From contig CAWFXL010000001.1 of NCBI GenBank assembly GCA_963819815.1, positions 352,001 to 416,000 on the forward strand: a stretch of DNA of 64,000 nucleotides, read 5' to 3'. Position numbers and translations under genes: made by a program. Under the pieces are notes generated by a model, which searched no databases, was not told the DNA's origin, and saw only the letters and a program-made list of their open reading frames with translations. Positions 21,639-29,702 of the stretch are shown one piece after another. The first letter of the stretch is position 1, and every line of letters begins with the position of its first letter. This DNA comes from an uncultured bacterium (lineage in GTDB: Bacteria; Babelota; Babeliae; Babelales; Babelaceae).

Positions 21639-22871
21639 TTAGCTTACGCATGTTGGGCACGTTGGCACGCAAACTTTTGGGCTATCGCATGGTACGCAAG
21701 GTTCAATGCACGGCTTGCAAATTCCCGTAGAGATGCTATCAAGTTGTTCCTTGCTTGCACATAGACAGTCTTGAGTCATCGGAACGAATCCTGGAACGCC
21801 TAGCCTTTGCCCTTGGCTAAGCAGGAACAGGGTAAACTGTGAAAGATTGCATGCAATCCCTTTTGTTGACTGTGTACCAAAGAGGTCAATAAATTCAGCG
21901 GTAACAAGAGGATAGGTTACAATAGCACCAGGAGTTACTCTAGGGTCTGCACTTGGCTGACAGAGTAAGTTTGTACAATTCGGGTTACCGATTTGTGCAG
22001 CCTGTACGCTAGCATCATTTGGCCCTACGAAGTCTTCGAGGAAAGTACTAAGACCTGCTCCTTGCAAGAAAGCTGCTGGAAGATTTGGAAACGAAGCTAG
22101 GTTAGCCCCTGTTATTACATAACCAAGTGAGTGAGGCGTTATCGCTACGTCAGAAATCATGTCTGCCGAGCTGGATGCTCCGCCGGCAGATGTAAATAAA
22201 GTATTTGGGTTGTTTGCTGGGTTTGGATCGTTAGCAATTACACCTGAACAGTTTCCACAATCATGTAAATAGGTTGTGAATGCTTGGTTGATACCAGAGG
22301 CATCATTGCGAGCAAACTGAAATAACCGAGTTGACGATGATGACCCGCCCGTGAAACTATCGTTTAAGTTATAGGGTCTTGCAAGATAGGTTTCCCATGT
22401 ATTAAAAACATTCGTATAGATCTCACAAAGATCTGCAGCAGTTAACCTTAAAACACCATCAGTAAGATCAGCTGGGAGGTGATACACAAAACCAGATGCA
22501 TCCGTCACCGTAGCTGGTAAAGTATAGATAATAGACACTGAAGAAAGAATAAAGGGAATTTGCAAGAAACAATCGGGCAAATTCGCAGTTTCACTTGAAG
22601 GTGCTTTAAAGTCTGAAACGGAAGCGTTGAGCAATCCATTGTACACGGCCTGGCGCCCCACTATATCATCTGAGAATAGTGTCCCTTGCTTATACACAAA
22701 CGTTGGGCAGGGGAAAATTGAGTTATAGAGAGCAATAGCAGCATCCATGTATCCTTCTGCGGCCTCAGAACCACCAAGTTTAATGGTGCTTCCAAAACTA
22801 GGCGCAAATTTTGCTGAAGTTGAAACACACGTTAATAACGCTACCGACAAGATAGCTAATTTTTTCATCAT
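21639..22871 (-). CDS. PstS/DING-like Cys-rich secreted protein (paralog 6), likely co-transcribed with paralog 5
   Basis: Same motifs (GGSE, VSD, ARNDASGI, SLGY, YPLV); tail CKPCIEPCVPCDSPKVCVPTCPTC; 39-bp gap to paralog 5 with no terminator. Confidence 0.85.
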   Translation of the reverse strand: MMKKLAILSVALLTCVSTSAKFAPSFGSTIKLGGSEAAEGYMDAAIALYNSIFPCPTFVYKQGTLFSDDIVGRQAVYNGLLNASVSDFKAPSSETANLPDCFLQIPFILSSVSIIYTLPATVTDASGFVYHLPADLTDGVLRLTAADLCEIYTNVFNTWETYLARPYNLNDSFTGGSSSSTRLFQFARNDASGINQAFTTYLHDCGNCSGVIANDPNPANNPNTLFTSAGGASSSADMISDVAITPHSLGYVITGANLASFPNLPAAFLQGAGLSTFLEDFVGPNDASVQAAQIGNPNCTNLLCQPSADPRVTPGAIVTYPLVTAEFIDLFGTQSTKGIACNLSQFTLFLLSQGQRLGVPGFVPMTQDCLCASKEQLDSISTGICKPCIEPCVPCDSPKVCVPTCPTCVS

Positions 22872-22978
22872 AATAATCCTTTTTTGTTTTATTTTGTTCT
22901 TATAGTTTATGTACAGGTAATTGCAGGTCCTCCCACCTACGTTCTAATTGTAATACAGATAATTACTCTTCATTATTT

Positions 22979-23008
22979 ACTATAAACAATTAGCTAGTAT
23001 AAAATCAA
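22979..23008 (-). promoter_or_regulatory. sigma70-like promoter of paralogs 6-5
   Basis: TTGATT-N18-TATAGT. Confidence 0.7.
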
Positions 23009-23474
23009 TAAACTATGTTGAATTTTTTTTAAATAAACACCCTAGTAGAAATTTTCAATAAGCAACTGACTTTGTTGCAATAAGCAGTGATAGAAAGAGT
23101 ACGGAGATAGTGGAAATACGTGGATGAGAGCATGAGCGAAGCACAATCTTGGAAAGCGCATACCTAAGATGGCTTTCACGAATGGCTCGTTCAGGCAAGA
23201 TCATAGAGTCCTATCGGGAGAGCACGAAGAGAAACTCGATAAAGTATCTTCTTAGACGCGTAATATCTGCTCAATGTTTTCTAATAGAATGCCTTTCAAT
23301 AATAACTTGCTAGCTAGTTTGCTCACTTATTCCTTATCTATAATAACTCACGAGGTTCCCTGGTCCAATTAAGGTCTGTTTCGGCACACCTGGTATCATG
23401 GTGTAAGAACATGCCGTCTCTCTTCCTCCAAAGAGATCTTAAAAAGAGTGGTCTCAAGCGATTACACCAAGAGA

Positions 23475-24893
23475 TCATTCGAAGTATGCCTTCCATAGCA
23501 TATTTTTAAAGCGACGACCTGGATCATAGGTATCCTTAAGCTCTCGAAAGCGCTGAGTATTCTTATACACTCTATGAAACTGCTCAGGGGTTGCACATAT
23601 CACATAGGGTAGATAATAGGTTCCATCAAGTGCGAGAATCTTATCGATGACCTCTTGAGTCCAGCGACAGAGTTTTTTCTTGCCAGCTTCCGAGTTACGT
23701 ACGTTAATATAGAGAACAAAAGCAAAGGAGTCCTCGGGAGCATAGGATAACAGGGCTTCAGAGTCCTTAGGTACATACCGTATTGACAGATTAAGGACAT
23801 TCACCTGGTGCTTATTGAGTACTTCAGTTAAAGCCGCAAGAGCTTCTTGATAGCGTTCCACGGGAACAAAGTACTCTTGTAACGTCATAGTTGTTGGGTA
23901 ATGGAGCGACATTGCTAATTGCTTAATGCTATAACTCATTTCATAATTCCGTAATACAACTTCCTTCTTAACGTGAGAAAACTTGCTAACCAAGGAGCGC
24001 ACCTTATGCAAAAAGGGTAACCGTCTAATCAGAACCTCAAGGGTTCTTTTTGGTGCATAATTGATCGGATCACTTTGTAATCGTGCTTGTATGGTAAGAG
24101 GATGAGTGCTCTTCCGCCAGGTAATACTTACAGCTTCGTTAAAGCTCATAGGAAATATATCAGCATTCTGAAATACCACTGTCGTATCCTTCTTAAGCTG
24201 TGAAAACACCCCTGGATACTGTACTGGATCAACTGGGCTCACCAATCTTTCAAGCCGTACGTTATCGGTCAAGGATAGGGTAGCGGTGACGATTACTCCC
24301 ATTAATCCATATCCACCAACCGCAGCAAAGAAAAGGTCGGAATTTTCAGAGCGGCTTGCTTGAACCATACTGCCATCTGCTAGGAGAAGGGTGATCGATT
24401 CGACCGTACTCAATAACGATCCATAGTGCATATCGCGTGCATGAACATTTACACTTAAGCTGCCGCCCACAGAAAAGTCATCAAATGATTGCATGACTTT
24501 CACCGAAAGATCGTATGGATCTAAATATTCCAAAATTGAGCGCCATGTTGCCCCAGCTTCAACGGTTACCAGTTTTCTCCCTACGTCAAGATCGATTATG
24601 CGTGACAGAGCTGACATGTCGAGTACTATTGCCCCAGGATATGCTGTTTGACCACCTTGGGACCAACGAGCGCCTGCTATAGATAGAGTTTTCTTAGTTC
24701 CTGTGACCAGCTTTCTCAATTCCTCAATAGTAGTTGGTCGCTCAATACTCGCAACTTCAATTGCAGTAAGATCAGATCGATCAATGAACCTGATAGACTT
24801 ATTTCTCAGGTATAGATAACCAGCAGCTATCAGACAACAAAGTCCGACGATGAGCACGGCAAAAAATCTTTTAGTGTGAGAAAGGGTAACCAT
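23475..24893 (-). CDS. FAD-binding oxidoreductase (FAD_binding_4 / aldonolactone oxidase-like) with N-terminal TM segment
   Basis: AGARWSQGGQ, VEAGATW, SVGGSLSVNVH, GGYGLMGVI, YDP..RF.N motifs. Confidence 0.85.
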   Translation of the reverse strand: MVTLSHTKRFFAVLIVGLCCLIAAGYLYLRNKSIRFIDRSDLTAIEVASIERPTTIEELRKLVTGTKKTLSIAGARWSQGGQTAYPGAIVLDMSALSRIIDLDVGRKLVTVEAGATWRSILEYLDPYDLSVKVMQSFDDFSVGGSLSVNVHARDMHYGSLLSTVESITLLLADGSMVQASRSENSDLFFAAVGGYGLMGVIVTATLSLTDNVRLERLVSPVDPVQYPGVFSQLKKDTTVVFQNADIFPMSFNEAVSITWRKSTHPLTIQARLQSDPINYAPKRTLEVLIRRLPFLHKVRSLVSKFSHVKKEVVLRNYEMSYSIKQLAMSLHYPTTMTLQEYFVPVERYQEALAALTEVLNKHQVNVLNLSIRYVPKDSEALLSYAPEDSFAFVLYINVRNSEAGKKKLCRWTQEVIDKILALDGTYYLPYVICATPEQFHRVYKNTQRFRELKDTYDPGRRFKNMLWKAYFE

Positions 24894-25385
24894 GTTTCTT
24901 AATTCCTAGTTGGACATATAGAGAGTCTGACACGTCTCCTAGAAGGCGTTTTCATAGAATGAAACCTAGCATTAACGGAAGTTTCTTGCAAGAAACTCTT
25001 AAAGATGCCCTCAGATCTATCTAGCTTAGGCAGCATACGTCATCTGAAGACCTACTGTCTCACTATCCAGAACTTCCCAATCATAATGGCTCATATTACG
25101 ATTGCAGGTCCTAAGAATGTGAAAAGTAGATAAGGCAAGAAAAGAACTTTTCTTAATTAAAGAGGATCCATTTCACTTTTGCTATGGTGATAACTAGTAG
25201 ATCAACACCGAAGAAGCAGCATAGCACCAATATTTCTATCTTGTGCACATCCCTGCTTTACAAAAAGAGCGCTAACAGCTGACAATTTGGGGACCTGGTT
25301 GCTGTTTGAGTATTCTTTAGTATAATCAGTATAGTAGATCAACCGATAAGTCCAATCTCAAGATTAATCTATAGAGGAGCACACT

Positions 25386-25907
25386 ATGATCACGAAGACC
25401 TTACTTAACAGTATAGTTTGTACTGCCCTTATGATGGGTAGTTCGATTTTTGCCGACCAAGCTACTGAAAAGCTCAATAAGCTTGAAGCCGAAGCCAATG
25501 CACGCTTAGACAAACTTTCAATTACCGACGCAAAAGACGGCAAGAGAAGGCTTATAACCATCGCTGGCTTTGAAAAACTAAGCAAAAATGATATTGGAGA
25601 AATAGTAAAGAGAGGCGATTTTTGGTATGGCTCAATAAACCAAGAGGCTGCTTCGGTTGGAATCGAGTTCGTCATCCATCCGCTAGGAATGATACTTAAG
25701 TACGAGACTACCTTGATGGATAAAGACACCAATACTAACTATTCATTTACCAGAACAAGTACGATAACATGGCCCTTTTTTACGTATCAAGTACTATTAG
25801 ATACCTTAAAGTTTGATAGTTATAATGCACATTCACTAACATTAAGCTTTGAAGAAGTAGATACACCTAAGACCCAACAGCTTCTTTCGGTACCAGCTAC
25901 TCATTAA
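25386..25907 (+). CDS. Hypothetical secreted protein
   Basis: GAGGAG RBS, signal peptide, terminator downstream. Confidence 0.75.
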   Translation: MITKTLLNSIVCTALMMGSSIFADQATEKLNKLEAEANARLDKLSITDAKDGKRRLITIAGFEKLSKNDIGEIVKRGDFWYGSINQEAASVGIEFVIHPLGMILKYETTLMDKDTNTNYSFTRTSTITWPFFTYQVLLDTLKFDSYNAHSLTLSFEEVDTPKTQQLLSVPATH

Positions 25908-25930
25908 TACTTAGTTCTCATGATGATTTC

Positions 25931-25960
25931 ATACAGCTGGGTTAGCCCAGCTGTATTGTT
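25931..25960 (+). terminator. Rho-independent terminator
   Basis: ATACAGCTGGG-ttag-CCCAGCTGTAT. Confidence 0.7.
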
Positions 25961-26039
25961 ATGAACGGTATTTTCAGCATAATTTTGTTGCTCCTGATTC
26001 ATAGGCACATCCAGAAGACCGTTTCCAACCAGGTATCTG

Positions 26040-26074
26040 ATATACACTGATCATTTCTTATGATCAGTGTATAT
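26040..26074. repeat. Perfect 15-bp inverted repeat
   Basis: ATATACACTGATCAT-ttctt-ATGATCAGTGTATAT. Confidence 0.8.
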
Positions 26075-26095
26075 GCTAGTTCTTTCCGGGGTGAT

Positions 26096-26223
26096 TATAA
26101 GTTCAATATATAACATCTTTATAAGTTGTACGTATACCATTATTGACTTCATATAAGTACAAGTTATACTATCTTTATAGATTGAACATATAGAAAAAAG
26201 AAATCACATAAGTACAACTTATA
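26096..26223 (+). promoter_or_regulatory. Promoter region with five 17-bp pseudo-palindromic boxes
   Basis: TATAAGT-N3-ACTTATA-like boxes at 26096, 26120, 26152, 26176 and 26207; TTGACT (26143)-N16-TATACT (26165). Confidence 0.65.
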
Positions 26224-26238
26224 ATGGGATCAAGGTAA

Positions 26239-27681
26239 ATGATTATTGGTAGAAAGAAAGAACAGAAGCAACTAGAACGAGTTTATAAATCAAAAGAGGC
26301 AGAGTTTATCACTATTTATGGGCGACGCCGTGTTGGAAAAACTTATCTAATTAGGGAATTCTTTGCCAAAAAAGATTGTGTGTTTTTTCATACCACAGGT
26401 ATGCAAAATGGGAGCTTTAAGGACCAGCTTAAAAAATTTGCAGAAGCATTATCGTCAACATTTTTTAATAAGGCCTCCATAAAACCCCCAAACAACTGGG
26501 GGGATCTTTTTGCTCTATTGCATAGTGAAATACTGAAAACGGATAAAAAGATTGTCATATTTTTAGATGAGCTTCCTTGGATGGCGACCAGGAAATCGAA
26601 GCTTATGCAGGAAATTTCGTATTACTGGAATCAATATTGGGCCATGATGCCACGTGTTATCCTCATTGTGTGCGGCTCTTCCGCATCTTGGCTTATAAAG
26701 AAAGTTATTTACAATAAAGGAGGGTTGCATAATCGCACAACGCTGCAGATAAGATTATTACCCTTTAATCTTGCTGAAACAAATGATTATCTAAACTCAA
26801 GAGGTATACACCTTACCCATCAACATGTTCTTTCAATATATATGACCTTTGGGGGCACTCCCTATTATCTTAAATACATCGAGTCTGGTCTTACCGCGCA
26901 ACAAAATATTCAAAAGCTTATTTTTGACAAGAATGCTCCGCTACATGATGAATTTAACGTGTTATTCGATTCCTTGTTTGACGGTGCAGATGCCTATAAA
27001 GAAATCATTGAACTTATAGCTCAAAAAAAAGAAGGGATGTCCAGGGCTGAATTAAGTTCTGTGGTTAAGCTTACAACACATGGGGGTAGTCTATCACAAA
27101 GAATTAAAGATCTTTGCGATGCTGGATTTATTGAAGAGTATATTCCTTGGAGCCGAATACGAGGAGAGTACTACAAAGTAATCGATGAATTTTGCCTTTT
27201 TTATGTTCAGTGGATCCAATCTGCTCAAGGAAAAAGACGCGAGAAAAATTTCTGGATTCACCAAAGTCAGCGTCCTTCGTACTATGCATGGAGTGGATAT
27301 GCTTTTGAGGCAGTATGTATGAAGCACATTGATCAAATAATTGATGCCCTAAAAATTCCAATGGTTCGCTCTATAGGATCATGGCGCTATATCCCTAGAA
27401 GCCGAAAAGAAAATGGTGCTCAAATTGACCTCATTATAGACAGGTTTGATAACGCGATAACTGTTTGCGAGATTAAGTATACCGATCAGCCTTTTATTCT
27501 TGACAAACAATATGCTTCAAAAATACAACGGATACTCAAAATTTTTAAGCAGAAAGCACACATTGATAAACCCATTTTCTTGGCATTTGTTTCGGCAAGT
27601 GGACTTAAAGAGACTATCTACAGCGAAGAAATGGTAACAGGGATTGCTACGCTTGAAAATCTATTTGAAGAAGCTGATTAA
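26239..27681 (+). CDS. AAA ATPase (ATPase_2 type) with winged helix and C-terminal PD-(D/E)XK-like (DUF234-type) domain
   Basis: IIGRKKE, Walker A GRRRVGKT, Walker B IFLDELPW, QIDLIID..CEIK. Confidence 0.85.
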   Translation: MIIGRKKEQKQLERVYKSKEAEFITIYGRRRVGKTYLIREFFAKKDCVFFHTTGMQNGSFKDQLKKFAEALSSTFFNKASIKPPNNWGDLFALLHSEILKTDKKIVIFLDELPWMATRKSKLMQEISYYWNQYWAMMPRVILIVCGSSASWLIKKVIYNKGGLHNRTTLQIRLLPFNLAETNDYLNSRGIHLTHQHVLSIYMTFGGTPYYLKYIESGLTAQQNIQKLIFDKNAPLHDEFNVLFDSLFDGADAYKEIIELIAQKKEGMSRAELSSVVKLTTHGGSLSQRIKDLCDAGFIEEYIPWSRIRGEYYKVIDEFCLFYVQWIQSAQGKRREKNFWIHQSQRPSYYAWSGYAFEAVCMKHIDQIIDALKIPMVRSIGSWRYIPRSRKENGAQIDLIIDRFDNAITVCEIKYTDQPFILDKQYASKIQRILKIFKQKAHIDKPIFLAFVSASGLKETIYSEEMVTGIATLENLFEEAD

Positions 27682-27833
27682 ATGTATAGTGCGAAGTGAA
27701 TCCTCTTTAACTCCGTAGGATTCTACGAACTTTGGGCTGAATCCAGGTTGTGCTATAGTCTCTAATCAATCACGGTTTCGCCGTCCATAATTTCCCATAT
27801 AGCTACCTAATAACAGTCCGAAACCACAATTCC

Positions 27834-28283
27834 TCAAGAATCTACGTCTAGTCCCATATGTTTTGCAATAAGCTTAAAGTCTTCTTCAGATAAGGAAAAA
27901 ACTCCGCGCCTAAAAGGCATTCCCCAATATTTTTTGTTGGCAATACAAGAAAGAAGGGGGATAAGCTCTTTGATAGCAACCTCTCTAACAGGTGTATATA
28001 TCACATGTCTGCGCCAAGGAGCCTGTTCACCAAACTCATTCTCCTGGTAAGGAGGATCTGGTTGTATAGTTCCAAGAGCAGTAAACTTTTGATAAGGCTT
28101 TTTCTCGCCATAGATTCTTGTAGGAGAGTAATAAATGATTTTATCGTCTGGCTTCATAGCTTTTAGGGGAGCTACTTTCCCATGACAGATTTGAGCGAAC
28201 TCCTCTTGCATTCCTAACTGAACATGCTCCTGGCTTGCAACAGCCATCCAGTATTTTCGTGCCGCAGGTGCTGTAGACTTCAT
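27834..28283 (-). CDS. EVE domain protein
   Basis: YWMAVASQEHV..G..QICHGK..PL..MKPDD..IYYSP signature. Confidence 0.85.
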   Translation of the reverse strand: MKSTAPAARKYWMAVASQEHVQLGMQEEFAQICHGKVAPLKAMKPDDKIIYYSPTRIYGEKKPYQKFTALGTIQPDPPYQENEFGEQAPWRRHVIYTPVREVAIKELIPLLSCIANKKYWGMPFRRGVFSLSEEDFKLIAKHMGLDVDS

Positions 28284-28614
28284 CGCTTGCTCAATTCAAT
28301 AAAAATGATCCTAGTGTTTTTCTCTGTCGCTTCTTACTCATCTGGGGGCAATTTTCTAGCACATCTACTCCAAAGACGTTTACGTATCCTCATCTTATCT
28401 TTTTAAACTGTTTTTATACCTCCGTCCATACGGAAACTGTAGCACGTTCATATCGTCTTGTTAATTTTTTTATTGGCAAGGGTAAGAGCTTCGTCTCGAA
28501 CTCATATTTTTGGTCGTTAATCTTGATTTGCAGAAAGAAATAGGTTAGCATTCCTTAGATGGGGCGTACCTTATGGCCCCTAAGATAATTCCAATCAAAA
28601 CATTTTAAGGAGAA

Positions 28615-28779
28615 ATGATGACGTTAGATTGGGTAATAATTTTTTTTATTCTTGCTATAGTAGCAGCTGCGCTGGGCTTCACAGGAATAGCAGGCGATCT
28701 TGCTTGGGTAGCAAAAATTCTTTTCATTGTTTTCTTAGTACTGTTATTACTCTCATTTTTGAGAGGCCGCAGTCTTTGA
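28615..28779 (+). CDS. DUF1328 (YtjA/UPF0391-like) small membrane protein; missed by the ORF track
   Basis: [63 protein letters not shown]. Confidence 0.9.
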   Translation: MMTLDWVIIFFILAIVAAALGFTGIAGDLAWVAKILFIVFLVLLLLSFLRGRSL

Positions 28780-29434
28780 GAAATAGGATCACCAAAGAGA
28801 AGAAGGGTGCTCACTAAATCTTCCCAGAGCGTTGCTCATTTGCCCAGGCTGGCACTAATCTTAAAATATCATCTGGCCGGGGGAGATCCCAGCTAACTGA
28901 AAACTATTAGTGTTATTTCTTCGATGATGTTTAGCGAATCATACGAGTAACTTCTTCACCACAACTTTTCAGTGCATGTTCTAACATTATCGATAACTTC
29001 TCTTTTTGAGACTGGCTTCCTGCTAAGCGGTTGAATTCATGGCTATCATGGCTTCTATAGGTACTGAGACACTAAACAGTGGAGTGAGAATTATTATCTT
29101 TGGGTCTATGGGCCTCCTTATGCTGTTTTTTTATGAAACTACTGAGCCCAATCTTTGCCATCGCAGTCTTGTTAATTTGCTCAAACGTTATCACGTAATG
29201 GGACATAGCAATTCCTAGTAATTATATCCATTGTCCATAATTCTTATGGGATACCTTCTCACGAACCAGTTATAGATAGGGGACTCGAGCGCTTTAGCTT
29301 GAGATCTTTTTAATCAAGAGAAAAGCACATCCATACGGAAATATTGAAAAACAACTGGACAAATAGCCATAAAAGTGCATACTTATTTATAACTAACATA
29401 CAAAATCGTCATCTGGCTTAAGGAATAAATTCCC

Positions 29435-29635
29435 ATGAAAAGGCTCGCACTCAATCTTTTGATCTTTGGGCTCTTGATGCCACAAGCTCTTCATGCTATG
29501 ACAAACTCAGCTGCCCTGCCTCAAGCAAGGAGAACTAAATCTGAAGCTATTTTGGAGCTTGGACTGGCATACTTAGCGATGAAATATGTGGAAGGGTTAT
29601 TTGAGGATAGAATTCAGAATTTAATTGAAAAGTAA
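29435..29635 (+). CDS. Small secreted hypothetical protein
   Basis: AAGGA RBS; signal peptide ending ALHA|M. Confidence 0.6.
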   Translation: MKRLALNLLIFGLLMPQALHAMTNSAALPQARRTKSEAILELGLAYLAMKYVEGLFEDRIQNLIEK

Positions 29636-29702
29636 TACTCTGTCATTATGTATGATACATACTACAAAGTTAAAAAATATAGTTTAGAAGGTAGGACTTA
29701 TC

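Noticed and set aside
8080..22871. Canonical pstS / Pst transporter locus
   Set aside because: No pstC, pstA, pstB or phoU; multiple divergent Cys-rich copies, so no gene symbol was assigned
26096..26223. Mini CRISPR array
   Set aside because: Units are 17 bp, degenerate, in mixed orientation, with gaps of only 7-15 nt; no cas genes
28605..28817. ORF-track calls 28605-28814 (-) and 28629-28817 (+)
   Set aside because: Shadows of the real DUF1328 gene at 28615-28779
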